This document shows, piece after piece, positions 47,401 to 58,429 of a stretch of 64,000 nucleotides of DNA (positions within the stretch are counted from its first letter, which is position 1; each line of letters starts with the position of its first letter). The translations under genes and the position numbers were made by a program. Origin of the DNA: an uncultured Poribacteria bacterium (GTDB lineage Bacteria; Poribacteria; WGA-4E; WGA-3G); contig CATQHZ020000001.1 of the NCBI GenBank assembly GCA_958296135.2, forward strand, positions 4,512,001 through 4,576,000, written 5' to 3'. Below the pieces are notes generated by a model that was not told the origin of the DNA, made no database searches, and worked only from the letters and a program-made list of their open reading frames with translations.

Positions 47401-48164
47401 TTTGGTGCAAACAGCGCAGCAAAATTCTCTGACGTTATCTTCCCGATTTCCGCTACCGTAGTGCCGCGGAGTTCCGCTATCTTTTCGGCGACAGCGCGGA
47501 CATACGCCGGTTCATTCCGCTTCCCGCGCCACGGCTGCGGCGCGAGCCAAGGGCAGTCCGTCTCAATAAGAAGCCTATCGGCAGGCACTTCCCGCGCCAC
47601 GGCGTGAACATCTATCGCCTTCGGATACGTCACAATGCCGCCGATGCCGATGTATACATTTTCAAGCGCGAGGCATCGGTGCATCAATGCCACGCTGCCG
47701 GTAAAGCAGTGCATCACACCGAACGCCCCATCGTCCAGTGCTTCCAAAATAGGCAAGATGTCGTGATACGCCTCGCGGTTGTGAATGACGATAGGCATAC
47801 CCCGGTCTGCCGCCATTTCAAGTTGTTCGGCAAACACCTTTTTTTGCGCTTTGGGTGTTGAGTGGTTGCGGTAGTAATCCAACCCCATCTCGCCGAACGC
47901 CAGCACTTTGGGATGTTGCGTGAGGTTAGGAATGTCAAGGAGTTCCGCGCGCGTCGCGCTTTCAGCATTGTGGGGATGCACGCCGACAGTGGCGTAGACG
48001 TTGTGATATTCGTCTGCCAATTCGGCGGCGGCGAGGCTGGTTTCATAATCGATGCCGATGGCGAGGATTTTTTCAACGCCAGCCTTCCCTGCGCGCCTGA
48101 TGACAGCGCGCCGGTCTTTGTCAAATTGAGACATTTGGATGTGCGTGTGTGAATCAATGAACAT
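47397..48164 (-). CDS. tatD: TatD family nuclease
   Basis: DSHTH, GVHPH, GEMGLDY, IHNREA, MHCF, ETDCP, RNEP. Confidence 0.95.
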   Translation of the reverse strand: MFIDSHTHIQMSQFDKDRRAVIRRAGKAGVEKILAIGIDYETSLAAAELADEYHNVYATVGVHPHNAESATRAELLDIPNLTQHPKVLAFGEMGLDYYRNHSTPKAQKKVFAEQLEMAADRGMPIVIHNREAYHDILPILEALDDGAFGVMHCFTGSVALMHRCLALENVYIGIGGIVTYPKAIDVHAVAREVPADRLLIETDCPWLAPQPWRGKRNEPAYVRAVAEKIAELRGTTVAEIGKITSENFAALFAPK

Positions 48165-48291
48165 ATTTCTCTCATCCGCGAGGCGTTCAATAACGGTTGT
48201 TGCGGCAAGGACGTATCTCTACGGAGAATCGCCATCAACGTCTTTTAGTCCTGTTCAGACTGCAAATGCCTGTCAAGGCCGAAAGCCGTTG

Positions 48292-48726
48292 CTAACTGAG
48301 CAGATTCATGTCCATTACCTGAAAATGCCGGTCGAAGCCGAAAGCGGTAGTGATAGTCTCATTTTTACAAACCACAAAACTGGTGCAGTCTGTAAAGGAA
48401 AGCCGGGTAGTGTTACGTTCCCGAAAAAGCTGTTCCGCATCGTCAAAAATTTCCTGACTCATTCTTACCAATTTCAACTCTTCCCGCGCGAGAATGTCGT
48501 TGATAAAGTCAAGAAATTGGACGGCCATTGCGTGGTGCACGTCATATCTGAGTCGGGTGACTGTTTCATCAATGACGTAATCTGTTGTCACGAGCCGTAT
48601 GTCCAATCACTTTAATTCAGCGTAAATTTCCAGCGCAGTGTTATGATGCCGGTCTTTCGGATTCGCCCGCGCAATCCACGCGCCCGCATCAACAAAAATC
48701 GGCGAACCTATCTCAACAAAATTCAT
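48292..48726 (-). pseudogene. vapC: VapC (PIN-domain) toxin with in-frame TGA at 48607-48609
   Basis: MNFVEIGSPIFVDAGAWIA...D.HH...AELK*LDIRLVTTDYVIDE...SFTDCTSF...FGFDRHF. Confidence 0.85.
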
Positions 48727-48752
48727 GCTTTTGCATCCCTTTCGTTAAAAGG

Positions 48753-49874
48753 CTAGAAATCATCGGGAACGACATCGTGGTTGATAGAACCATCGGTGGC
48801 TGGCCCGGGCGGCAGAGTCGCGGCGAGTTCTGCCATCTTTGCAAACGCCGCGACTCCCTTCTCGTAGCCGCTCGCGATGCGGGCCCGCCGCTCTTCAAGC
48901 GTTTCCGCACTGATGTCAAGGTGCCTCACAAGAGATGCATAACGACTTACGATGCGCACCGCTTGTCCAAGGAGGCCTACAAACACCGCGCGGTGACTCC
49001 GATTATCGTAGCCGAAGTCATTGGCTATCTGCCGATAGTTGCACGCCTTGCGATACGCCGCACAGCGATGACGCAGCCGATGGAGTTCACGCAGAAAATA
49101 GCCGTAGTGGGCAATGGGAACCTGCCGGTAATACAAGATATCCAAGAAACAGGCAAGGGTATCTTTCCCCTCCAGCGTCCGTCGTTGCTCCACCGGCACT
49201 AACTTTTTGAGTTCCGGGATGTTCAGCGCGTCGATGCAGAGCGTGCAAAGACTTGACACCAGCGCGTCAAAATCCCGCAGCTCGTCGGGTGCCGGGAGTG
49301 TCAAATCGGCGATGTAATGCTCCTCGTCCGGGTGCGGCGGCAGCAACAATTGCCAGCCGAGCCGTTCATAACACGTCGCGCGCAGCTCGTAATATGCCTC
49401 CCGAAACCGGTGCTTCGCTTTATCCAAATTGCCATCCCGATAGCGGCCGTCCCAAATGTAGAGCCGATAATACTCCTCGCTCACGCCGTAAGCCCCGTTC
49501 TCGCGGCCGTTCGGCGGAATGTTGTGTGCGCGCCAATGCAGCTGCTCTTCATACGGCACCCTGCTCAGATACCCCAACAAGACTGTCACTTTGTCCTCGT
49601 GGTAACTGTCAATTGGCATATTCCACTGATAATCACAGACGAGCGACATCGGCCAGAGCGTATATGTCTCCGTGTCTTGCCGATATTTGTCTAACACCCG
49701 TTTGTCAAAATCGACGAAAATAGGATTGTTAGAGATGCCAATCGTCGGATAAAACACCTCTTTTAACTCGCAGGTGTGCGTGATTTCGTTCCCGTTTTCG
49801 TCCACGCCGATGATGAAGTCAACGTACCTGTCCGGGGGAGCCGGGGTATCGGTGAATCTGATTGTCGGTTTCAT
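48753..49874 (-). CDS. hypothetical protein with an antitoxin-like C-terminal tail
   Basis: RBS AGGAGG; ends ...PPGPATDGSINHD 26 nt before vapC. Confidence 0.75.
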   Translation of the reverse strand: MKPTIRFTDTPAPPDRYVDFIIGVDENGNEITHTCELKEVFYPTIGISNNPIFVDFDKRVLDKYRQDTETYTLWPMSLVCDYQWNMPIDSYHEDKVTVLLGYLSRVPYEEQLHWRAHNIPPNGRENGAYGVSEEYYRLYIWDGRYRDGNLDKAKHRFREAYYELRATCYERLGWQLLLPPHPDEEHYIADLTLPAPDELRDFDALVSSLCTLCIDALNIPELKKLVPVEQRRTLEGKDTLACFLDILYYRQVPIAHYGYFLRELHRLRHRCAAYRKACNYRQIANDFGYDNRSHRAVFVGLLGQAVRIVSRYASLVRHLDISAETLEERRARIASGYEKGVAAFAKMAELAATLPPGPATDGSINHDVVPDDF

Positions 49875-49942
49875 CTTTATATCACCTCCTTACAATTATG
49901 ATAACAGACCGGGGGCAGGTTTGGCAATCGAAAAACAACCCG

Positions 49943-50653
49943 CTACATCAACGGCGTGCGGATAACGGCTTCAAGCGTGTGTGCGCGGGGCGGCTGCGTT
50001 ACCAAAAACAGAATCAGTTCTGCTACATCCTCCGGCAGCGTCAGATGTTCAATCACATCATCAGGATGGTTCTCGCGGCGCATCCGGGTATCCACAGGAC
50101 CGGGACAGACGACAGAGGCTTTCACGCCGTGCGGCCGCCCCTCGTTATTTGTCGTCTCCGTGAAACCGACGACAGCGAATTTAGAGGCGCAATACGCACC
50201 ACCGTTGACATGCCCAGACTTGCCGGAAACAGAGGAGACGTTGACGATATGCCCAGCCTGCTGCCCGCACATCAGCCCGAAGACAGCTTGGGTGCAGAGG
50301 AAAACACCCTTGAGGTTCACCGCCATCGTCACATCCCAATCTTCTTCCCGAATTTGCGGAATCGGGTTGTGAATCGCCACGCCAGCATTGTTGACGAGGA
50401 TGTCCACCTTGCTGAAGGTATCAAGCGTCTGTGCTACCATCGCATCAACGGCCGTTTTATACTGGACATCCGTTGGAATCGCGAGGGCGCGCCTGCCGAG
50501 GGCCCGCACCTCTTCCGCAACAGCGGCTATTTCGGTACCCGTCCGAGCGGCGAGGACGATGTCGGCACCCGCTGCCGCAAAGGCTAACGCGGTGGAGCGG
50601 CCGATGCCGCGCCCGCCGCCGGTAATCATCGCAACACGGTTTTCAAGTTTCAT
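49943..50653 (-). CDS. short-chain dehydrogenase/reductase
   Basis: TGGGRGIG, LVNNAG, YCASK. Confidence 0.95.
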   Translation of the reverse strand: MKLENRVAMITGGGRGIGRSTALAFAAAGADIVLAARTGTEIAAVAEEVRALGRRALAIPTDVQYKTAVDAMVAQTLDTFSKVDILVNNAGVAIHNPIPQIREEDWDVTMAVNLKGVFLCTQAVFGLMCGQQAGHIVNVSSVSGKSGHVNGGAYCASKFAVVGFTETTNNEGRPHGVKASVVCPGPVDTRMRRENHPDDVIEHLTLPEDVAELILFLVTQPPRAHTLEAVIRTPLM

Positions 50654-50757
50654 GAGTGTCTCCTATATTCATCGAGCGGTAGGAGGGACATCCCTGTCCC
50701 GATAGACACCCCATCGAGACTAAGAGGGCTCGCCTACTGCAAGCGCGCCTACAGACT

Positions 50758-51843
50758 CTATGCAATTTGATACGCTGAAAGCTTCGCTTTATCAAACAAA
50801 ATACCGTGCCCCGGCCGGTTCGGCGGCGAGAAATGGCCGTCCTTCAGCGTCAACGTCTCTTCCAGCACCAGATCTAGCGATGGAATATATTCCACGAAAA
50901 GCGAATGCGGCACCGCAGCAGAAAGATGCACGTGCAAATCCATCAAGAAATGCGGCGATACCGAGAGCCCGAAACATTCCGCTGTGTGCGCAACCTTCAT
51001 CCATTCGGAGATACCGCCAACGCGCACCGCATCCGGCTGCAGGATATCCGCAGCACCCTGAGCAATATATTCCTGAAAGACAAATTTATTGTAGAGCGTC
51101 TCCCCAACAGCAATCGGGATAGTCGTCTTCTCGCGCAGGACAACGTGGCTATCTACATCGTCCGCCTCAATAGGCTCTTCAAACCAGAAGAGCCCCGCGT
51201 CTTCCACACGGCAAGCCAATTGAATCGCCTCGCGGGCGTTCCACTTCATATTCGCATCTATCATTAGGTAAGGTGCCTCGCCGATGGCCTGCCGGACCGC
51301 GTGCACGCGCGCCACGTCTTCGTGGAGGCTGTCACGCCCTACCTTCATTTTTATCCCTTTGAAGCCCGCTTCTACAAACGTTACCGATTGCCGGACGAGC
51401 GCCTCTTCGGAAAGGTGGAGCCACCCGCCATCGGTGTTGTAAACCGGCACCGATGCCCTCGCACCACCGAGGAGCTGGTAGAGCGGCAATTCGGCACGCT
51501 TCGCCATCAGATCCCACAACGCTATGTCCACTGCCGCCATCCCCAAACCCACGATGCCGCCCCTACCAACCCAATGCGTCTCCATCCACATCCTCTGCCA
51601 GATCCTGTCAATGTTCGCCGCATCCTCTTCCAAGAGAATCGGCGTGAGATAGGCATCCATAATCTGCTTAATCGCTGCCCCACCCTTGCCGATAGTATAG
51701 GAAAATCCGGTGCCTACCACACCATCAACATCTTCAATCTCAATGAACGGAAACTCCATAGAGACGAACGCTTGGATGGCATCAACGCGTTCAACTTGCG
51801 GCGGAATGTCGTAAAGCGCGGTGCGGACTGCTCTGATTTTCAT
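50758..51843 (-). CDS. mandelate racemase/muconate lactonizing enzyme family
   Basis: GFSYTIG.GG, KMKVG, IDAN, FEEP, VGE, QPD, SPH. Confidence 0.92.
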   Translation of the reverse strand: MKIRAVRTALYDIPPQVERVDAIQAFVSMEFPFIEIEDVDGVVGTGFSYTIGKGGAAIKQIMDAYLTPILLEEDAANIDRIWQRMWMETHWVGRGGIVGLGMAAVDIALWDLMAKRAELPLYQLLGGARASVPVYNTDGGWLHLSEEALVRQSVTFVEAGFKGIKMKVGRDSLHEDVARVHAVRQAIGEAPYLMIDANMKWNAREAIQLACRVEDAGLFWFEEPIEADDVDSHVVLREKTTIPIAVGETLYNKFVFQEYIAQGAADILQPDAVRVGGISEWMKVAHTAECFGLSVSPHFLMDLHVHLSAAVPHSLFVEYIPSLDLVLEETLTLKDGHFSPPNRPGHGILFDKAKLSAYQIA

Positions 51844-51883
51844 GCGTCCTCTCCCACAGTAAGCGCAGTTTGAATCCGCGCCG

Positions 51884-52756
51884 TTATGCACCCAAATTGC
51901 CGGTCATCTTCAACAATCTCTCGATACAAATCCGAGAGGCTTCCTCTCCCGCTTCCGAGAAGGCTTGCCCCGCCGGCCGGTTGAGAATAGCATCATCGAT
52001 TTTGAGCGACGGCCGCCAGTGCGTTTCCAAGCAGAGATGCCCCTCATAACCATCATTGACGAACGCTTGGAGCTGCCCCTGCCAATCAATAATCCCATCG
52101 CCGACAGGCACAGACTCCATCTCGCCGGTATCAGGGTTTGCACCCGCATCCTTGAGATGCGCATGGATCATCGTCGGTTTGAGACGATTGTAGGCATCCG
52201 GATAGGGAGTTTCACCGGCCCTCGCATGCGCCTCATTCGCAGGATCCCAGATGGCGCGCACGCTCGGCGAGTCGATCTCCTCAATAAACCGCGCCGTCAG
52301 CTTAGCCGTGCTGAGAGAAGTCGTCGACTCATTCTCCATGCCGAGAATAATGCCTTCGCCATCGGCTATCCGCCGCGGTTCATCGTAAGCGGCGATGAGC
52401 TCATCCCAACGCACCTCCGTCTCCCCGGTATCCCAAAAAACAAACGTGCGGATGAGGGAGGTATCAAACGCTTTCGCCGCACGGACGCAGCCCTTCAAAA
52501 TGTCCAAATGCTCCTTCCGCTCCGCCGCATCGTCCATATCGCATTTGAAAAACGGCGAGGCAATACCGATAATCTCAATACCGGTGCCATCAAGTAAGCC
52601 CCGCATCCGGCCGATGTCTGCATCAGTGAGCTCGTGGGGCAGTTTATCCCACACCGAACGGATTTCGATGGAATCAAGGTTAAATTCTTTCACAAAATTG
52701 ACTACGGTGGCGAAGTCTTGCGAGACTTCGTCACCAATCACGCCGAGTTTAAACAT
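51884..52756 (-). CDS. sugar phosphate isomerase/epimerase (xylose-isomerase-like TIM barrel)
   Basis: MENE, WDPAN, HAHLKD, VGDG.IDW, LETH. Confidence 0.9.
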   Translation of the reverse strand: MFKLGVIGDEVSQDFATVVNFVKEFNLDSIEIRSVWDKLPHELTDADIGRMRGLLDGTGIEIIGIASPFFKCDMDDAAERKEHLDILKGCVRAAKAFDTSLIRTFVFWDTGETEVRWDELIAAYDEPRRIADGEGIILGMENESTTSLSTAKLTARFIEEIDSPSVRAIWDPANEAHARAGETPYPDAYNRLKPTMIHAHLKDAGANPDTGEMESVPVGDGIIDWQGQLQAFVNDGYEGHLCLETHWRPSLKIDDAILNRPAGQAFSEAGEEASRICIERLLKMTGNLGA

Positions 52757-52842
52757 AGTTGTGCTGGCTCCTATAAACATTGCTAAGGTTAATGATATGA
52801 GATAATAGCATGGAATAGGATTAATTGCAAGTTTTTTCTAGC

Positions 52843-53726
52843 CACCGTCCCCTCTCCCCGCCACGCGAAAGAGGCCCCTTTTCACCGTCGCGCGAGGGAA
52901 AACCCGGCGAGCGCGAAAGAGGCCCCTTTCACCGTAGCGCGAGGGCCGTCACGCCGAAACTTTGTCATCTCTGCCGCCTCGCTGCAGAGATGTCCACTGT
53001 CCCTCGCGATCCTCCGACCCACAAAAAACGCCCCTCTCACCGCAGCGCGAGGGAAAACCTATCCCCCGCGAAGCCCCTTGATAGACCGCAGCATGGCGCA
53101 GCACAGGACCGCGCCCTACGGACTAAGGCGCATTTTAACTGACGGGCCCTTTTCACCGTAGCGCGAGGGCCTGTCCCTCGCGATCGTCCGAACCACACGA
53201 ACCCGCCCCCTCGCACCGTAGCGCGAGGGCCCGGCGAGCGCGAATCGCCGAGGGTTCCCCTCGCGATCTACCGACCTACACAAAAAACAACAGAAGCCCC
53301 AGGACTTCGGGCCTCTTCTCTGCAGATCGATGCATGGCGAGGGACAGGCCCTCGCCCTACGGTAGAAGGGGCCCTTTTTACCATCGCATGGCGCAGCACA
53401 GGACCGCGCCCTACGGACTAAGGGCCCTTTCACCGAAGGCCCCTTTTCACCGTAGCGCGAGGGCCTGTCCCTCGCGATCGTTCGACCACACCAAAAACGC
53501 CCGAAACCCCGGGACTGCGGCCATCTTCTCTGCAGATCGATGCATGGCGCGGCACAGGACCGCGCCCTACGGACTAAGGCGCCCTTTTTACCATCGCACG
53601 GCGCGGCACAGCACCACGCCGTACGGACTAAGGCACCTTTTTACCATCGCGCACGAAAAAAACAGCCGCAGCCCCAAGGGGCCACGGCCGTTTTCTACAT
53701 CGCGAGGGACAACCCCCGCCCTACAT
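52843..53726. repeat. mosaic REP array 2
   Basis: Many GTAGCGCGAGGG...CCCTCGCG units facing GGCGCGGCACAGGACCGCGCCCTAC units, with recurring linkers. Confidence 0.92.
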
Positions 53727-56700
53727 CTATTTCACCTGCTTTTTCACAGCACCGAACGTCGTCAGCATCCGATTCGCCGCAGAGACAGGCCCCCGCAACA
53801 TCCGCATCGCCAACGTCACCGGCCGGCCATCAAACGCGACTTCCTCGATCTGATAGTAGTACTCAACACCCGGCTTCGCAGACGTATCCGTAAACGTATA
53901 TGTCTGACGCTCGCCCGTTGTGCCAGCACCCGCAATCAGCGCAGGATTCAGCAGCGTGAAACCGCTGTCGCGTTTCTCGCTGCGGCGCAGGTTAAAACCA
54001 GCATTGTCGACTTCAGACTCCGTCGTCCAGGTTAAGACAACCGCGCCGGCTTCATTGTGCATCACCGAGAAACTTGACAACTCCACCGGCAAGGCACCGC
54101 CTTTCCGATACCCCGGCGTGCCGATGTCCTCAGCATGCCCATAATGGAGGGCTGACACGGCGAGTCGCTTGACGTTCGATGCCAGAGCCCAACTCGCACG
54201 CTGCTTCCCTTTCAGTGCAACGCCTTTGTCGTAACGCCGAATCAGCGAACTCCGAACACCTGCCTCGGCACTCACCGGTAACGCCCACGCCGGTGCATCT
54301 TTCGTCCGACGATTGCCATCAGTGTTGCCAACCTCGTCTACGAGGTTACCGTTGCTATCGGTAAGTTTCAGGTAGAACCCTTCCGCGCTCAGGAACGTAT
54401 CCCGCGCAGTCTTAATGCGCAGGTTCCGCTGATGCAAATCCAACAGGTTGTAAACCCGTTCAGCAGGAAACGCCGTGCTTGATGACGCACGCGCCGGCCC
54501 CGCAACAATCAGCAGCGTCTGATTCGGTTGAATCACCTTCGCCTGCAACGTCAACGCCACAATCGGCCGCCCTACCAAATCTTCCGAATCCACATTCTGG
54601 AACTCCAGTTCCCACCGGTTCAGGTTGAGTGCCTCGGTTTTGGATTTATTATACAACTCTATCCACTGCGGCAGTGTTCCACCACCCGAATCAAACATCA
54701 CTTCGCTGATGGTGATACTGCCTTTTGGTGTGGCAGCCCCCGTTTTGAGGGCACCATTCGGATACCCCGGTGTGCCACCCGTCGCCGCAGACTTCGAGAC
54801 AGTCCTGTCATAGCCGATACCGGTGAAGGCGGCTTCCGCCCAGGCATCTTTGTGGTAACCCACAATATCTGCCTTGGCACGCTGCCAGACCTTACCGGAG
54901 CTGAGGGCCCCTTCGGTATCACCACCGGGAGCTTCACGCACTTGCAACGGCCAGACGTATGTATCATAGTCCCCTGTCTGCTCGCGAACGAACGCATCCG
55001 TGTCACTGCCACCGCCACCGGCGACATCGACAAATGCCTCGTTCATACCGAGTTTCTCCTTCGCGTTGCGCAGAATCAACAGGAACTTCCCATCATCCGG
55101 CAAGGATAGCTTCTCATCCACTAAAAACGCATGCGACAACCCTTTCTGCTCGCCACCGGCGAGAGACGTTTTGTCCGGCGAGGTACTCACCAGCAGCAAC
55201 AGCCCATTCGCCGGCACGCTCACATCCGGGAAAATAATCAGCGACGTATCTTCCTTCTTGTCATCTTGCACGACACTGAGCTCCCAGTCTTTCAAGGAGA
55301 CAGCCGAACCCGTGACATTCCGCAATTCCAGCCAGTCATTTGCAGCACCGCTGCCATTGCCGAACTCGTTGAAAACAACCGGACTGCGAGGCACCTCGGA
55401 GGCAGGAGCCTTCGGCGAAGCCTCCTCGGGGAAAAACGGCACAACCGGTATCACCGGTGTCTCCCGGACGAGCGGCGGAATCTCACGTCCAGACGTATCT
55501 CGCAACGGCACCGGATCTGCAGGCGGCACCGAGGCCGGCGCAGCACCAGACGCAACAGCAGGAGCCGCTGTCCCAGACTGCTGCCCAGTCGGCGCACCTC
55601 GCGGCCCAGACAGCAATATCGTCCCTGCCGGCACCTGTGTCTTGACAGAGGGGACAGCCACCGTCTCTACCACCGGATCCGTGGCGGCCACCGTATACGC
55701 GAAGGTGACTTTCGTCGAATTCGTGTCTTCCGCCGCCATCCAAACAGCATGCCGCGCATTGGCTAACACCTCTTCACCCAGATACAACACCACATACGGC
55801 GGGTTCGCCCCTTCATACCGCAGATGCTCCTGGGTATACGTCACCACCACTTCAATCTTATCTCCGAGGGTATGGGCACCCGCGGGGGGCGCAACAATCT
55901 CCGGCGGTTCAACCACGCGCAACGGGGCAACCGGCACCGTTTGGACTACCGGCGGAACATCCGGGTCTAACGCCGGCACCGAGGCCGGCGCAGTGCCAGA
56001 ACCCACCGCAGGCGCATCTGTCCCAGACTGCTGCCCATCAGCCGCACCTACCCCAAACAGCAATATTGTCCCTGCCGGCACCAGTATCTTGAAAGAGGGC
56101 ACAGACACCGACTCTGCCACCGGATCCGTGGCGGCCACCGTATACGCGAAGGTCACCCGGGTCGAAGCCGCGTCTGCCGCCGCTGTCCAGACAGCATGCC
56201 GCGCATTTGCCGGCACCTGTTCGCCCAAATACAACACCACATACGGCGGGTTCGCCCCTTCATACCGCAGATGCTCCCAGACATACGTCCCCGCCACTTC
56301 AATATTATCTCCGACGGTATAGACACCGGCGGCGGGCGCAACAATCTCCGGCGTACCCACCACGCTATCCACCGGCACCGTTAACGTATTCGATACCTTA
56401 CTAAGGTTGCCCGCGATGTCCATTGTGGCACCGGCGGGAACCTGAATCGTCACATCGCCCTGAAACTCGCGGGCGGGCGTTATCCGCGCTTTGTAAACCA
56501 AGAACGATGCCGAATTCTTCGCCTCCCCAGGCTCATGCCCACCGGGATAAGAAGGATGATCAAGGGGCAGATAAGAAGGATGATCAGTCTCCCAATTAGG
56601 AACAGCGTACTTCTGTGCTGCACGATGGTCGAGCCCAATGTAAACCGGGGCATCAACCGTCCAATCCAGCGAATTCCCAGCTGCATCGGTGATGACGATG

Positions 56701-57779
56701 TCCTCCGCGCCAAACGTCGTCCCGATTTCCTCGGCGATGGCAGTCCTACTCGTCGCGGAGGGATGGTTCGTAAAGCGGAATTCAACTTCAAACGCGCCGC
56801 CCTGCGACACCGATTCCGTAACCCCTGCCGTAAAAACTGTCCTAGGGGGATCGGATACACTAGAATCCAGGTTGACTATCGCGTTGCGCCGATCCTCGGT
56901 GTGCGTCCCCCCGTTCTTTATCAAGCCAGCAATCCACACCGTCGGCTTGATGGCATCCACAAGGTACTTGGCGTACGCCTCGGCGGCTGCCCTAGCAGCA
57001 GCAGCATCATAGGTGGCTCTCCCAGTGCCGTACCTAGAATCCCCATCCTGCCATTCGGGGAGCGTAGGCTTGTTGGCCAGAAACCTCCGAAGATGCGTTT
57101 CAAAAGGGTTACGAATGGGAAAATAATTCAAGTTCGGAGCCGGAGGAACGTGGGTAAAACCAACACGATCCCAATTGTTGTCATCCAGGTCTTTTACGTG
57201 CTTCGCGCCTGATGACTTAATCGAGATATTCCAATTAGCGTCACGGGTATTATGCCACATATTTTGGTTATCAATAGTGATGTGACCGAACTCCCGATCT
57301 CCCGCTTGCACGGTGTATCGGAAAGTGAGCGTCTCGTCTTCGTCAGTTCTATCCGCATCGGTGAGTACAAGCTCCGGTTGCACGGAGCCGAACCAACCTT
57401 GCAGCCGCAGCGTCACACCCTCATCGGCTTTGACAGGTTCATTAAACGTCACCTGAATTTGAACCTCGTCGCCTAAGCCGTGAAAGCCGACTTCCAGGGC
57501 ATTGTCCAAATTCACCTCGTCCGGAAGGGCCCAGCCATGCGTGTGCACCAATTCGCATGCGCCCGTGTAAGTGTCACCGAAGATGAAGTGATGTTCGAAA
57601 CACTCTTGGCGCACCTTGTGATAGCGGGACTTGCCGGTACGGGGTCCCGCCAGCAACTTCACCGGGAAATCTGCAGGAGCTGCCAGCTCCGGTCCTTGCG
57701 CGTCTGTCGGTGTTCCGAGCATCAAAACTATCCCGACGACGAACAGCAAACCTAAGAAAAAAACGGAATATCTTTTCAT
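53727..57779 (-). CDS. large secreted protein: Ig-like regions, 149-aa tandem repeat, two lamin-tail domains, LPVELSSF C-terminal module
   Basis: Signal peptide; VFNEF...DWLELRN and ITISEVM...QWIELYN; 447-bp internal period; C-terminal RMLTTFGAVK; RBS GAGGAG. Confidence 0.88.
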   Translation of the reverse strand: MKRYSVFFLGLLFVVGIVLMLGTPTDAQGPELAAPADFPVKLLAGPRTGKSRYHKVRQECFEHHFIFGDTYTGACELVHTHGWALPDEVNLDNALEVGFHGLGDEVQIQVTFNEPVKADEGVTLRLQGWFGSVQPELVLTDADRTDEDETLTFRYTVQAGDREFGHITIDNQNMWHNTRDANWNISIKSSGAKHVKDLDDNNWDRVGFTHVPPAPNLNYFPIRNPFETHLRRFLANKPTLPEWQDGDSRYGTGRATYDAAAARAAAEAYAKYLVDAIKPTVWIAGLIKNGGTHTEDRRNAIVNLDSSVSDPPRTVFTAGVTESVSQGGAFEVEFRFTNHPSATSRTAIAEEIGTTFGAEDIVITDAAGNSLDWTVDAPVYIGLDHRAAQKYAVPNWETDHPSYLPLDHPSYPGGHEPGEAKNSASFLVYKARITPAREFQGDVTIQVPAGATMDIAGNLSKVSNTLTVPVDSVVGTPEIVAPAAGVYTVGDNIEVAGTYVWEHLRYEGANPPYVVLYLGEQVPANARHAVWTAAADAASTRVTFAYTVAATDPVAESVSVPSFKILVPAGTILLFGVGAADGQQSGTDAPAVGSGTAPASVPALDPDVPPVVQTVPVAPLRVVEPPEIVAPPAGAHTLGDKIEVVVTYTQEHLRYEGANPPYVVLYLGEEVLANARHAVWMAAEDTNSTKVTFAYTVAATDPVVETVAVPSVKTQVPAGTILLSGPRGAPTGQQSGTAAPAVASGAAPASVPPADPVPLRDTSGREIPPLVRETPVIPVVPFFPEEASPKAPASEVPRSPVVFNEFGNGSGAANDWLELRNVTGSAVSLKDWELSVVQDDKKEDTSLIIFPDVSVPANGLLLLVSTSPDKTSLAGGEQKGLSHAFLVDEKLSLPDDGKFLLILRNAKEKLGMNEAFVDVAGGGGSDTDAFVREQTGDYDTYVWPLQVREAPGGDTEGALSSGKVWQRAKADIVGYHKDAWAEAAFTGIGYDRTVSKSAATGGTPGYPNGALKTGAATPKGSITISEVMFDSGGGTLPQWIELYNKSKTEALNLNRWELEFQNVDSEDLVGRPIVALTLQAKVIQPNQTLLIVAGPARASSSTAFPAERVYNLLDLHQRNLRIKTARDTFLSAEGFYLKLTDSNGNLVDEVGNTDGNRRTKDAPAWALPVSAEAGVRSSLIRRYDKGVALKGKQRASWALASNVKRLAVSALHYGHAEDIGTPGYRKGGALPVELSSFSVMHNEAGAVVLTWTTESEVDNAGFNLRRSEKRDSGFTLLNPALIAGAGTTGERQTYTFTDTSAKPGVEYYYQIEEVAFDGRPVTLAMRMLRGPVSAANRMLTTFGAVKKQVK

Positions 57780-58214
57780 TGAAAACTCCTCTTAGAAAAA
57801 TGAAATAAAATAAATAAAGGGTTTCAGCCGCCCCGATTGCGGCGGCAATGTTGTGAAAAGTTCACAAACGAAATCGGGAGAGCCGCCTCCGTCGCCGCCG
57901 GCGGTGCTGAGGGCAGAACAAGAGCACCGTGGTACCCACCCCACGGTGCTCCCGTCCTGGCTCTGCATTCCAACGTGGGAGAGAGAATTTCCCAGGACAA
58001 CGCTTGTGAGCCCTGAAAAGCCAACGGTGAGTCAGGGTCGGTAGCGTGCAACGCGAAGAGCCCCTTGGAGGGGTTCCCAGGATGGGACTCCAAGCGGCAT
58101 TGTGAGTCGCGCGCGCGAACCGGGTAGCGCGCGGCAAACGCGCGCTGGGGATCGTGTTGGCATTCAGAGCGGGGATATCCCCCCGGAGCCCCTTCCTGCC
58201 GAGAGCGGCAAAGG

Positions 58215-58373
58215 TTAACGGGTGTAAAGTAATGGGGGGGGGGTGATTCGGGCGAGGGCATCATCAACAGGACGCGCAAACGTGGATACGGCGCGCAGCC
58301 GCGGTGGCTGCAGCGTAGCTTTCACGGATGTCTGCAGGCGAATCGAAGGATCCATGCGAAATCGAGTGTTCAC
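58215..58373 (-). CDS. putative 52-aa leader peptide containing a C10 tract
   Basis: AAGGAG-7 nt-GTG; MNTRFRMDPSIRL...ARITPPPLLYTR*; below the ORF-track cutoff. Confidence 0.55.
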   Translation of the reverse strand: MNTRFRMDPSIRLQTSVKATLQPPRLRAVSTFARPVDDALARITPPPLLYTR

Positions 58374-58429
58374 GTTTGTGCTCCTTTTTCGTAGCGTTAA
58401 ATTCTATGCCCAATCAAATCGATATATAT

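Noticed and set aside
48607-48609. Selenocysteine readthrough in vapC
   Set aside because: Non-catalytic helix position with no Cys expected and no evident SECIS hairpin; a CGA>TGA nonsense change is simpler.
55000-56322. 440-aa plus-strand ORF
   Set aside because: Codon-aligned antisense shadow of the lamin-tail protein.
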